NCBI GenBank assembly: GCA_051252375.1
Contig: JBPOFY010000012.1
Coordinates: 32,001-96,000, forward strand
Direction: 5' to 3'
Origin: Opitutaceae bacterium
GTDB lineage: Bacteria; Verrucomicrobiota; Verrucomicrobiia; Opitutales; Coraliomargaritaceae
Length of the DNA stretch: 64,000 nt
Shown here: positions 15,201 to 24,808 of the stretch, piece by piece
Numbering within the stretch: position 1 is the stretch's first letter
Layout of the letters: every line of letters starts with the position of its first letter
Notes under the pieces: generated by a model
Database searches by the model: none
Told to the model about the DNA's origin: nothing
Seen by the model: only the letters and a program-made list of their open reading frames with translations
Made by a program: the position numbers and the translations under genes

Positions 15201-17363
15201 ATGGACGACTTATTTCAAGAAGGGGGACAATCAAAGGTGACTGACTATACCGAGTTAGCGCATAAGATACTCTATCGAACTAAGATTGTGCTGAAGCGCT
15301 ATTGGTGGATTATTCCCACTGCGATTGCTGCAGGGATTGCGCTAAAGTCGATCCAAGCGTTTCTGCAAGATCCCAGTTACGTCTCAAAGTCTCAAATGAT
15401 CGTAAGTGGTCGGATCGCTTTACCTGAGAACGATGTCTATGCTGAAGAGCGTGATAATTTCGAAGGCACTCAAATTGAATTAATGGAGAGTCGGCAAGTT
15501 TCCGCACGTGCCGTCGAACGTCTAAAAATCACACACCCAGAATTACATGCGGCTATGACCGCTACAGAGGCTTATGCGAGCATCGGCATAGCGAGTCTAT
15601 CTATCGCTGCCGAAGTGAAACGCGACACTTCGATCTTTCGTCTCGAAGCAACTGCTCCTCATCAGGAATATGCACGAGTGTATTTGGATGCAGTGATGGA
15701 TGAGTATATAAATCGTCGCACTGAGATGCGCTCGAAGACTTCAGAAAAGACCTATGACGCTATCACCAGGCAATTAGCAGATTTGGTAAAAGAAATTGAT
15801 AGCGGTGAAGATGCGATTGTTCATTTTCAAGAGCAGAACAATATCGTGTTCATCCAGGAGCAAGGTTCATCCGCTGGAGCGTATCTTTCGGAATTAAAGC
15901 GTCGTTTAGCAGAGTTAAACACTGAGAGCCGCACTTTGGCTTCATTGGGTAGTAATGCGGATTCAGTCGATGAAGATTTGCTCGCTGAGCATATACAAGG
16001 TACGGCGACGGCATCTACAGCAGACGTCGATGTGGTTGGGACGGCTGAAGATAATGAGAAGTTCTTATTTAGTAAGAATCAGTTGGAACTGTTGGAAGCA
16101 GATTTAGAGGAGTTCTCGATCTATTTGAAGCCGAAGCACCCTAAAATTATCAATTTGAAGAATCAAATCGAACGGACCGAGAATCAATTAAAGATACAGC
16201 GGCGTCAGGCGATGGAGCGTATTCGCGAGCGTGCTGTAGTCCTCGAGAGTAAAATCAAGAATTTGAATCAAGAAATTGAGATTTGGGAGCAAAGTGCGTT
16301 GGAAAATGGAACGCTGATTGCCGAGTTCGAGCGCTTACAATCACGCTTAGCTCGTTCCAAAGCTGCCTATGAGCGTAATCAAGATGCCTTGCGTGCGATC
16401 GATACCGACAAGAACTTAAGCCAAGAAACAGTATCTGTTTTGGAAGATGCATTACTCGCAAAGCCTGCGGGTAAGCGTATGCTGGTTCGTTTTGCTCAAG
16501 GCGGTGCATACGGATTAATTCTAGCCTGTGGTATTCTTTTTCTACTGGGGTCTTTAGACAATCGCATCCTGACCGCGAGTGAGCTGAGTGCCACATTTAG
16601 TGAGCCGCTGATTGGGGCCATCCCATTTGAGAAAATGAAGCCGGGCGAAGAGGCCTCTGTGCTCTTGCGCAAGAATGATGACCGCTATGTCTTTGCGGAG
16701 GCGTGTCGCAATATGCGCACCTCAGTCTTCTTCCTTGGCGACAATGAAGTGAAACCAAGTGTCTTTGCGATCACTAGTGCGATCCCGTCTGAGGGTAAGT
16801 CCACCGTTTCAGCCAATCTTGCTGTAGCCTTGTCCTTTTCTCATTCGAAGGTGCTTTTGATTGATGCGGATTTACGTCGCGGTCGCCTGCATCACCTATT
16901 TAAGGCAAGACGCGATAAAGGGCTCTCTGACATTCTCGAAGGTAAGATGTCGTTGGATGAGGCGATTCAAAACACTAGTTATGATCACCTCGATTTTATT
17001 TCGATTGGTCATTATCCGGATCATCCTGGTGAACTACTACTGAGTGATCGGATCGATACGATTATCGCGGAAGCTCGCGAACGGTATGATTTCGTTATTT
17101 TCGACACGGCCCCGATACTAGCGACCGATGATACCACCAGTTTTGCTGGCAAGATGGATTCTGTGCTTTTTACCATTCGGTGTGCACACACACAGGTGCG
17201 TCAGGTAAAGCCAGCAATGGCGCGCTTGCGGGAACGGCAAATCAATATTACTGGTTTGATTCTCAATTATGTCGATGTCTCCCAACCTGGTTATTATTAT
17301 TACCGCTATTCTGAGTATTACACGGATCCTAAGCGTAACGAAGAGAGCGCGACGAGTGCTTAG
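15201..17363 (+). CDS. wzc: Polysaccharide co-polymerase / BY tyrosine kinase
   Basis: Two TM segments with coiled coil between, TSAIPSEGKST Walker A, LIDADLRR, FDTAP, C-terminal Tyr cluster YYYYRYSEYY. Confidence 0.92.
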   Translation: MDDLFQEGGQSKVTDYTELAHKILYRTKIVLKRYWWIIPTAIAAGIALKSIQAFLQDPSYVSKSQMIVSGRIALPENDVYAEERDNFEGTQIELMESRQVSARAVERLKITHPELHAAMTATEAYASIGIASLSIAAEVKRDTSIFRLEATAPHQEYARVYLDAVMDEYINRRTEMRSKTSEKTYDAITRQLADLVKEIDSGEDAIVHFQEQNNIVFIQEQGSSAGAYLSELKRRLAELNTESRTLASLGSNADSVDEDLLAEHIQGTATASTADVDVVGTAEDNEKFLFSKNQLELLEADLEEFSIYLKPKHPKIINLKNQIERTENQLKIQRRQAMERIRERAVVLESKIKNLNQEIEIWEQSALENGTLIAEFERLQSRLARSKAAYERNQDALRAIDTDKNLSQETVSVLEDALLAKPAGKRMLVRFAQGGAYGLILACGILFLLGSLDNRILTASELSATFSEPLIGAIPFEKMKPGEEASVLLRKNDDRYVFAEACRNMRTSVFFLGDNEVKPSVFAITSAIPSEGKSTVSANLAVALSFSHSKVLLIDADLRRGRLHHLFKARRDKGLSDILEGKMSLDEAIQNTSYDHLDFISIGHYPDHPGELLLSDRIDTIIAEARERYDFVIFDTAPILATDDTTSFAGKMDSVLFTIRCAHTQVRQVKPAMARLRERQINITGLILNYVDVSQPGYYYYRYSEYYTDPKRNEESATSA

Positions 17364-17387
17364 CGCCTAAGTACAAGTATCGTTATT

Positions 17388-19913
17388 ATGAATTTTGGCT
17401 TTGGTAAGCGTCGTCGTCGGACATCTAGTTCAAGCAGCAGTCGCAAGCGCTCGAAGAGTTCTTCGAGGAAATCGAAGTCCAGCGGCAGAGTTAGCCGTTC
17501 GAGCTCGAAGAGCTCATCGATTACGGCCACACCATTGCCTTCTCGGGCGGCTGTGCGTTTCCCTGAGCCTAAGTTTGGTGCAGTAGTATGGTATGGTTAC
17601 CTGTTTGGGCTGCTGGGAGTGTGTTTGTTGATTTTATTGGGTGGTAGTCATCATCCATTTACACTTGGTTTTGCGTTAATACTGCCTGCCGTGACTTTAC
17701 TCATCAGTCCGCCCAAGGTAAGTCTTGGCAAGTGGATTGATATCGGCGTGGTTGGCTTGTTGGGCAGTATGCTGTTGGCTTTTGTGCCTCAGTTTTACTG
17801 GCCGAAAATGGATTGGCGACGAGTAGCAGAAGTCGATATGGGTATTGATTTGCCCTCGGTATTGAGTGTGCAGCCGCTTTTGAGCATGGAGGCTTGGTTT
17901 ATGGCTTTGGCTGGCTTTGCTTGGTTTTATGCGGCCTCGAATTGGCGGATCAATGCACCGGGGCGGAAGCATTTTCACGTTGCATTGTCCTTGGTGAGTC
18001 TCGGATTTGCCGCTGTGGTGATTTGGGGGAATTTTTACGGCATCCGATACCCGGGGGCGGAAGACTCTCAGGTCTTTAGTTTTTTCCCAAACCGCAATCA
18101 AACCGCTAATTTTTTAGCGCTAGCAGGTGTGGTGAGTTTTGCATTTTCAATCGAGGGCTTGAAGGTACGTAAGCTGATTTACTTGGTAGGCGTGTTGGCT
18201 AGTGTGACCTGCTTAGCGGCTTTGACTTTATGCGCCTGCCGAGCGGGTGTATTGCTTTATTTCTTTGGTATAGGACTTTGGTTTATCTGCCGCCTTCGTG
18301 CGCGCTCGATTCCTTCTATATTTAAGATTGGTTTTCCGCTGTTACTGCTCGCATTCAGTTTTGTCATTTCGAGTAACAATAAAGCTGTTGAACGGATTGT
18401 GGAATTTGTGAGTGCGCCCATGGCTTGGGGTGATGAGTCGCGTGCGGCTATTTTCAATGATGCGTTTGATATGATCAGCGAGGCGCCTGTTGCCGGAGTT
18501 GGACTGGGGAATTTCTCGGCGGTTTTTCCTCAGTATCGGGACGATTCTCGGAGTTTTCAGGTAGCGTTACACCCTGAGAGCGATCTGTTGTGGTTTTTAG
18601 CCGAAGTTGGCTTTCTTGGTTTGGCGTTTTTGATAGTTTTCGTTTGGGGCTTTCGGGTGAGTATACGCGATTTCACCCTTGGTAGAGGGGGGCCGTATCG
18701 AGTGATTGCGATGATCGCGGTGGTGATCTTTGTTTTACATAGTTTGGTGGACGTGCCTGCTCACCGCCCAGGCACCGTGTATTTTGCGATATTATTTGCT
18801 GCTTTGGCGATGCCACGAATCGAGGAGCAGAAGCCGACTATGCGGCCGATTTATTGGCGTTTGATTGGGCTATGCCTAGCGCTGGTCGGTTGCTTGTGGA
18901 TGCTGTCTGGGGTCACAGGAGCGCCATTTCATTCAAAAACGGCGGTTCCTGTGCATGAAAGAAGAGCTGCTGACGAAAGTGGAACCGGAGATTATGCAGC
19001 AGCGATTCAAAGTATTGAGAAGGTTTTAAAATGGAGACCGATGGATTGGCGTGGGTATTTCCAGCGGGCGCAGTTGACACTCTCGTTGAGTGGGCATCGC
19101 GGCGACGCTGCAGCCGATTTTCGCCGCGCACGCTATCTTGAGCCGGTTTTAGGTGACTTGAGTCTACGTGAAGGTTATGTGTGGCTGCCTTATGATGTCG
19201 GTCGAGCCGTATCCGCTTGGCATAAAACCTTGTTCCGAGAATTGGAGGACAAGGATAAGGCTTATCAGTTAATGTTGGAGGCGGGACGAAAGGATCCAAA
19301 GCTGATGGAGGCGATGATCATAATGTCTAAGGTTGATCATCACTATAGAACGATGATGTTGTGTTCGTTGTCTGAGCCGTTGTTGATGCCTGAGATATAT
19401 GCGGATTTAGAAGATAATCCGTCCTTAGGGCAGTTTGATCTAAAGCAACGTACGCGTATTCTATCACGTTGGATCAGGAAGGGTGATGTCGATGCGGCAG
19501 AAGCTTATTTAGATACTCACGGCAAAGGTTTTAAAGATGCTTGGTTGCTTTGGTCTTTATTGCGTAAAGAACAGGCCAAATTTCCTGAAGCGGTGGCATA
19601 TATTCGAGAAAATGTCGATGCGGCTAAAATACCTTTCGTTAAGGTGGATGATCGATCCTTGGCACGTCTGTCACGAGAGTTCGCGGTCATGCCTGAGGAT
19701 ATTGTTAAGGGGACAGCGTTACTACGTGCCTATATTGAGCAAGGCGAGTTGATGAAGGCGCTGACGGTGACCGATGCCATCTTGAAGACACGCAATCCGC
19801 CTGCTTACGTGTATTATTGGCGTGCAGAGATCTTTTATCTAATGAATGATTTGATAGAGAGTTGGTATGCTTATAATGATTACCTACGTCTGGTTCGTGA
19901 TGATATAGAATGA
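17388..19913 (+). CDS. O-antigen ligase/polymerase (Wzy_C) family membrane protein with C-terminal TPR-like region
   Basis: Multiple TM helices, FFPNRN, GVGLGNF, HPESD, HSLVD motifs; Ser/Arg/Lys-rich N-terminus. Confidence 0.8.
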   Translation: MNFGFGKRRRRTSSSSSSRKRSKSSSRKSKSSGRVSRSSSKSSSITATPLPSRAAVRFPEPKFGAVVWYGYLFGLLGVCLLILLGGSHHPFTLGFALILPAVTLLISPPKVSLGKWIDIGVVGLLGSMLLAFVPQFYWPKMDWRRVAEVDMGIDLPSVLSVQPLLSMEAWFMALAGFAWFYAASNWRINAPGRKHFHVALSLVSLGFAAVVIWGNFYGIRYPGAEDSQVFSFFPNRNQTANFLALAGVVSFAFSIEGLKVRKLIYLVGVLASVTCLAALTLCACRAGVLLYFFGIGLWFICRLRARSIPSIFKIGFPLLLLAFSFVISSNNKAVERIVEFVSAPMAWGDESRAAIFNDAFDMISEAPVAGVGLGNFSAVFPQYRDDSRSFQVALHPESDLLWFLAEVGFLGLAFLIVFVWGFRVSIRDFTLGRGGPYRVIAMIAVVIFVLHSLVDVPAHRPGTVYFAILFAALAMPRIEEQKPTMRPIYWRLIGLCLALVGCLWMLSGVTGAPFHSKTAVPVHERRAADESGTGDYAAAIQSIEKVLKWRPMDWRGYFQRAQLTLSLSGHRGDAAADFRRARYLEPVLGDLSLREGYVWLPYDVGRAVSAWHKTLFRELEDKDKAYQLMLEAGRKDPKLMEAMIIMSKVDHHYRTMMLCSLSEPLLMPEIYADLEDNPSLGQFDLKQRTRILSRWIRKGDVDAAEAYLDTHGKGFKDAWLLWSLLRKEQAKFPEAVAYIRENVDAAKIPFVKVDDRSLARLSREFAVMPEDIVKGTALLRAYIEQGELMKALTVTDAILKTRNPPAYVYYWRAEIFYLMNDLIESWYAYNDYLRLVRDDIE

Positions 19914-19914
19914 C

Positions 19915-20484
19915 ATGAAAATTTTAATAGCCGAAGATGATCGAATTTCGCGTAAGTTGTTGGCGACGACACTCAAGCAATTTGGGCACGAGGTCGCCAT
20001 ATTTGAGAATGGCACGGACGCATGGGAAGCCTTTGACGCGGCACCAGTCCGGGTGATCGTCAGTGACTGGTTGATGCCGGGCATGGATGGCTTGGACTTT
20101 TGTCGCAAGGTGCGTACGCGTAAATCTACGGAGTATACTTACTTTATTTTGCTTACGGCGAACGTGCAGGGCAAAGACACCTACATGGAGGCGATGAATG
20201 CCGGGATTGACGACTTTCTAGCAAAGCCGCTGGATCGTGATCAGATTTGGATGCGCCTTAAAGTGGCCGAACGTATCTTACATTATGCCACTGCTATCAA
20301 GCAGTTGGAAAGCATGCTCCCGATTTGCTCATATTGTAAAAAAGTGCGCGATGATAATAACTACTGGCAGCAGGTAGAGACATACATTTCGAACCACACC
20401 GGGACCAGCTTTAGCCATAGTATCTGCCCGACTTGCTATACTAAGCAGGTGAAGCCGGAAATGGATGGTCTGCGCAAAGGTTAA
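19915..20484 (+). CDS. Response regulator with C-terminal Cys-rich (zinc-ribbon-like) domain
   Basis: ILIAEDD...SDWLMPGMDG...KP; LPICSYCKKVRDD...FSHSICPTC. Confidence 0.9.
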   Translation: MKILIAEDDRISRKLLATTLKQFGHEVAIFENGTDAWEAFDAAPVRVIVSDWLMPGMDGLDFCRKVRTRKSTEYTYFILLTANVQGKDTYMEAMNAGIDDFLAKPLDRDQIWMRLKVAERILHYATAIKQLESMLPICSYCKKVRDDNNYWQQVETYISNHTGTSFSHSICPTCYTKQVKPEMDGLRKG

Positions 20485-20492
20485 TGCCCCAA

Positions 20493-20795
20493 TTATCGGC
20501 TTAACATTGCGATCGCGTTGAGACTTTCGTAAACCAGCCAGCAGAGCCCCGATAGCATCGCTACAGCAAAGAGAAATTGAAGCCCTCGCCTGCGTTTATT
20601 CGGTAGGTCGAAGCGGTCAAAGGTTCTGCCCCGAACTGAAGTTTGATTCAGGTAACTGCCCAATGTGATGCGATTGTTGCCGACAATGCCACCCGCCTTG
20701 GGGAGCTTGAAGGAACCGGCTCTTTGTGCGCGTTGATAGCGCCATTTGTAGAAAAGCTTTAGCATGGAATCGAGAGACTTCGATGTTTGAATCAA
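20493..20795 (-). CDS. Hypothetical small membrane protein
   Basis: 100 aa ORF filling the gap between two genes; C-terminal TM helix; start may be MLKLF. Confidence 0.55.
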   Translation of the reverse strand: MIQTSKSLDSMLKLFYKWRYQRAQRAGSFKLPKAGGIVGNNRITLGSYLNQTSVRGRTFDRFDLPNKRRRGLQFLFAVAMLSGLCWLVYESLNAIAMLSR

Positions 20796-20873
20796 GACTA
20801 AGAGTTGTCAAAACCGCGAAGGTCTCACAGATTCATTCCATCTATTTCATTTTTCAATTCTAATTCACTAATT

Positions 20874-21650
20874 GTGAGAATAACTACACAAACAATTTCC
20901 CGGTTAAAAGGTGAGCGTCCAATTGTCGCTGTCACTGCCTACGATGCTGTCATGGCTGGCTATGCGGATGCAGCAGGGGTCGACCTTATCCTAGTCGGTG
21001 ACTCGGTCGGCACGACGCAGTTGGGCTACGACAGCACGGTGCCTGTGACGCTGGACATGATGGTGCATCACACCGCAGCAGTGGCGCGGGCTAAGCCCAA
21101 AGCCTTAGTCGTGGCTGATATTCCTTTTGCGATCGCTCACGATGATTTTTCGGCGCTATTGAGTGCCTGTCGTCGCCTTATGCAAGAGGCTGGGGCGGAG
21201 GCGGTTAAAATTGAGGGAGATGCTTCGATGGCACCTACCATTGCGCGCCTAACCAAAGCGGGGATTCCCGTGTGGGGGCACATTGGGCTCCTGCCGCAGA
21301 ATTTCCATCAGCTCGGCGGTTATCGCAAGTTTGGGCGTAACCAAGCAGAGAAGTCGTCCTTGTTGGCTGATGCACTGGCCTTCCAGGAGGCAAATTGCTT
21401 TGCGGTCTTGTGTGAGATGGTGAATCCAAAAGTAACTGCGGCGATTACCGAGGAGCTGAAAGTGCCTTTAATTGGGATCGGCAGCGGAGTTGACTGTGAT
21501 GGGCAAATTCTGGTCAGTAATGACATGCTTGGTTTAAACAGTGGTTACATCCCGTCCTTTGTGAAGCAATACGCCAAACTCGGAGATCAGGCACGCAAGG
21601 CGTTTGCTGCTTACGCCGACGATGTGCGCAACCGAAAGTTCCCATCATGA
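20874..21650 (+). CDS. panB: 3-methyl-2-oxobutanoate hydroxymethyltransferase
   Basis: [40 protein letters not shown]; probable GTG start at 20874. Confidence 0.95.
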   Translation: MRITTQTISRLKGERPIVAVTAYDAVMAGYADAAGVDLILVGDSVGTTQLGYDSTVPVTLDMMVHHTAAVARAKPKALVVADIPFAIAHDDFSALLSACRRLMQEAGAEAVKIEGDASMAPTIARLTKAGIPVWGHIGLLPQNFHQLGGYRKFGRNQAEKSSLLADALAFQEANCFAVLCEMVNPKVTAAITEELKVPLIGIGSGVDCDGQILVSNDMLGLNSGYIPSFVKQYAKLGDQARKAFAAYADDVRNRKFPS

Positions 21651-22645
21651 ACTGTTGTATTCTTGGAGCCGGTGCCTGGGGCACTGCCATGGCCCTTCAT
21701 TTAGACCGCTGCGGTCATTCTGTCACATTGGTCCCTCGACGTATGGAGCATGCGCTCGCGATTGCCTCCTCGCGCGAGAATGTCGATTATCTGCCCGGTT
21801 ATAAGCTGCCGCATCGCATTCAAGTCGGTTGCGAAGTTGCACCGGTGCTGATGGAAGCCGAGGTCGTGTTTCTCGCCTGTCCGTCGAAGGCATTGCGAGC
21901 GCTCTGCGAGAGCTTGCGCGAAGGTGTGGCCCAGGCATGGCAATTGAAGTTATTTGTCATCATGTGCAAAGGGCTTGAATTGGAGACTTTCAAAACACCG
22001 GCTGAGATTGTGAATGAGATATTTCCTGAGGTCGCATGCGGCGTTTTGTCCGGCCCGACTTTCGCAGGTGAGGTCGCTGCAGGTAAGCCTACAGCTGCCG
22101 CGTTGGCGGTGGATGCAGGATTTGCGGAAGCCGAGCGCTATCAACAGGCGATTAGCAGTGCGTCATTTCGCGCATATTTATCACGCGACGTGCGAGGCAC
22201 TGAACTCGGTGGCACATTAAAAAATATCTACGCGATCGCTTCCGGTCTTTGTGACGGATTACAGCTTGGGGATAACGCGAAGGCAGCCTTATTGACCCGT
22301 AGCATGAATGAAATGATTCGCTTGGGTGAACTATTGGGAGGTCAGTCCGAGACGTTTTACGGCCTAAGTGGCTTTGGTGATCTGGTGGCGACTTGTTCGG
22401 GTAGTTGGAGCCGTAACCGCACCTTTGGTGAGCGGGTAGGCAAAGGGGAAGCACCCGCCGAAGTGGTCGCGAACCAGAAGAGTGTAGTGGAAGGCTATCG
22501 AGCGACTGAGTGCATGAAACGGCTTTGCGAAGAAAAAGCTGTGGATGCTCCGATTCTATCGCAAATCTATGCGATTCTCTATGAAAGCAAAGTGCCACTA
22601 GAGGCTTTGCAGTCGCTTATGAGCCGCGACCTGCGAAGTGAGTGA
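21647..22645 (+). CDS. gpsA: NAD(P)H-dependent glycerol-3-phosphate dehydrogenase
   Basis: [37 protein letters not shown]. Confidence 0.95.
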   Translation: MNCCILGAGAWGTAMALHLDRCGHSVTLVPRRMEHALAIASSRENVDYLPGYKLPHRIQVGCEVAPVLMEAEVVFLACPSKALRALCESLREGVAQAWQLKLFVIMCKGLELETFKTPAEIVNEIFPEVACGVLSGPTFAGEVAAGKPTAAALAVDAGFAEAERYQQAISSASFRAYLSRDVRGTELGGTLKNIYAIASGLCDGLQLGDNAKAALLTRSMNEMIRLGELLGGQSETFYGLSGFGDLVATCSGSWSRNRTFGERVGKGEAPAEVVANQKSVVEGYRATECMKRLCEEKAVDAPILSQIYAILYESKVPLEALQSLMSRDLRSE

Positions 22646-22663
22646 TTTTTTTAACTAAACATT

Positions 22664-23506
22664 ATGTCTGACCTTCTAAAAGTATCTGATCTCCGTATCG
22701 CGTTTCATTCACGCGGTGAGTCGAATGAAGTCGTTAAAGGCATTAACTTTTCAATTGCTGAAGGCGGCAAAACCGTGGCGATACTTGGTGAAAGTGGCAG
22801 TGGCAAGAGTGTGACCTGCCTATCGTTGACTCGACTGTTGCCCGAGCCACCGACTTGCACGGTTGAAGGGAAGATCGAATTTGAAGGGAAGGACATTCTT
22901 TCGATGGATGCCAAAGCCATACGTGGAGTCCGCGGTAATGGCATTGCTTATGTCTTTCAAGAGGCCTCGGCTTCTTTGAACCCAGTTTTCACAGTTGGGT
23001 ATCAAATAGCTGAAGCTGTGCGCTTGCATCGCCCGGATATCGAAGATGTGAAGGGACGTGTGGTTGAGTTGCTTGAGCTGGTCGGTATTCGCGATGCGGC
23101 AAAGCGTTATAAAGCATATCCGCATGAGATGAGTGGCGGCATGCAGCAACGCGTCATGATTGCCATGGCACTGGCCTGTGAGCCCAAGCTTCTCGTTGCA
23201 GACGAGCCAACTACCGCCCTCGACGTCACGATCCAAGCACAGATCATGGATCTGCTCCGCGATTTACGCGAACGCCTTGGTATGAGTATCGCACTGATCA
23301 CTCATAATTTTGGCATTGTTAAAGGTTTCGCCGATGAAGTCATTGTCATGTATCGCGGAGAAATCGTCGAGCAAGGTCCGGTTGAGGAGGTTTTGAATAA
23401 TCCTCAGCACCCCTATACGAAAGCACTCATCGCCTGTATTCCAAAGTTGGGTGTGAAACAGCGCCGCTTGACTACGATCGAGAAAGAAATGGCTGCGGTG
23501 GAATGA
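22664..23506 (+). CDS. Peptide/nickel ABC transporter ATP-binding protein (DppD/OppD-like)
   Basis: [35 protein letters not shown]. Confidence 0.92.
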   Translation: MSDLLKVSDLRIAFHSRGESNEVVKGINFSIAEGGKTVAILGESGSGKSVTCLSLTRLLPEPPTCTVEGKIEFEGKDILSMDAKAIRGVRGNGIAYVFQEASASLNPVFTVGYQIAEAVRLHRPDIEDVKGRVVELLELVGIRDAAKRYKAYPHEMSGGMQQRVMIAMALACEPKLLVADEPTTALDVTIQAQIMDLLRDLRERLGMSIALITHNFGIVKGFADEVIVMYRGEIVEQGPVEEVLNNPQHPYTKALIACIPKLGVKQRRLTTIEKEMAAVE

Positions 23507-23511
23507 ATTGA

Positions 23512-23957
23512 TCTCACAAAGGCACTAAGACACAAAGATGGATGAGAATGAAATAGGCCGGATTCTTGTGGATGCGGCTATTTATATACATCGTAGCCTA
23601 GGACCCGGGCTGATGGAGTCTGTATATGAAGCGGTTTTGGCGCGTGAATTGACAAAACGCGGACTCGATATCGAGCGGCAGGTTCAAGTCCCTATAAAAT
23701 TTGATGGGGAATTGTATGAAGAAGGTTTTCGGGCGGACTTAATCATTAATAAAAAAGTTATTGTTGAATTGAAGTCTGTGGAAAAAGTGAATGCATCACA
23801 TAAAAAACAGACGCTCACTTATCTACGATTAACTGGGATGAAGCTTGGGTTTCTGCTCAATTTCGGTGAAGCCCTAATGAAAGACGGAATTACACGGACG
23901 ATTAATGGTCAGCTCTAACAGTTACCCCGATCTTAGTGTCTTAGTGCCTTTGTGAGA
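23512..23957. mobile_element. Putative GxxExxY cassette bounded by 28-bp octamer-repeat inverted arms
   Basis: Left TCTCACAAAGGCACTAAGACACAAAGAT (23512-23539); right ATCTTAGTGTCTTAGTGCCTTTGTGAGA (23930-23957); 27/28 complementary. Confidence 0.7.
23538..23918 (+). CDS. GxxExxY protein (PD-(D/E)xK nuclease-like)
   Basis: LGPGLMESVYE, FRADLII...VIVELKSV, Q.LTYLRL....GFLLNFG. Confidence 0.93.
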   Translation: MDENEIGRILVDAAIYIHRSLGPGLMESVYEAVLARELTKRGLDIERQVQVPIKFDGELYEEGFRADLIINKKVIVELKSVEKVNASHKKQTLTYLRLTGMKLGFLLNFGEALMKDGITRTINGQL

Positions 23958-23973
23958 ACCCCTCCCGTCCTCA

Positions 23974-24162
23974 TCACCTAAACTTCTTTTGTTCGGGCAT
24001 GTAGTCGTAACCACCCGTTGCGAGGTGTGCGACGAGACCGTCTTGTTCTACGTCGTGCGTGCGGCAAAGATCTTCGAGGGAGTCGCTGTGGTTGCGTAGC
24101 TCCGTATTGACGAGTCCGACGAGTAGGTGCGGATCCATTGTAGCGTATTGACTCCAGTCCAT
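23974..24162 (-). CDS. DUF4250-like small protein
   Basis: MDP.LL...VN..LR....SL..LC......L..L...GY.Y.....KFR. Confidence 0.8.
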   Translation of the reverse strand: MDWSQYATMDPHLLVGLVNTELRNHSDSLEDLCRTHDVEQDGLVAHLATGGYDYMPEQKKFR

Positions 24163-24164
24163 AG

Positions 24165-24707
24165 CTACTGTGATAGCGTTGCTGGGACGTGGTTCAAGAC
24201 GTCTTTCCAGAGTTTGGCTTCGTTTCGGTGTCCGTGTTTTTGGAGTAGTGACTCGATGTCTTCTACCTCGGGTGCAGTGAATACTTGTTCGTGGTCTGCA
24301 GGTAGTTGCGGGCGGACTTTACAGATGATTGCCCAGACAGCCCAAGCACGTGCGCGGCGTAGGTCTTGTCGCTCGCCGCGTAGCCTTGTGGCTTGATGTT
24401 GAAAACTGATACGTGGGTTGCCGGGGAAGTCGTCGCTTTGGTGCTCGGCGATCATCCAAGCCAATGCGGCATAGGGCAGTGGCCATTTAGCTAGCACCAG
24501 ATCGTCTTCCCGGATGTCAGCATAGAGTGCTCGGGTGATGGCGAGAATCGCTCGCCCAGCATGACCTTTATGCCAAAGCGTGTGCCCGTATCGGAGAGCG
24601 GTGGTGTAAAACAAGGCAGGCTCTGCCGTGGCGTCTAACTCAGTTAGACAACGATGTGTCATCTCCAAATCCGGAGCAGGTAGGTGCGGGCATTTTGTCT
24701 TAATCAT
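24165..24707 (-). CDS. Hypothetical protein
   Basis: 180 aa ORF co-oriented with its neighbours; 'F.GNPR.SFQH.ATR' motif. Confidence 0.7.
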   Translation of the reverse strand: MIKTKCPHLPAPDLEMTHRCLTELDATAEPALFYTTALRYGHTLWHKGHAGRAILAITRALYADIREDDLVLAKWPLPYAALAWMIAEHQSDDFPGNPRISFQHQATRLRGERQDLRRARAWAVWAIICKVRPQLPADHEQVFTAPEVEDIESLLQKHGHRNEAKLWKDVLNHVPATLSQ

Positions 24708-24790
24708 AATCCTAATCGATTCATCTGGGTGGAGACTCGAGGGCGTATGCTCTGTTGGAAGATTAAGATTATGATTAGGAGCAAGATTGA
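24698..24790. repeat. Hexamer-armed inverted repeat (TAATC[ACT]/GATTA[AGT])
   Basis: TCTTAATCATAATCCTAATC (24698-24717) vs GATTAAGATTATGATTAGGA (24761-24780), 18/20 complementary. Confidence 0.75.
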
Positions 24791-24808
24791 GCCGCTAGCC
24801 GCTTGCGG

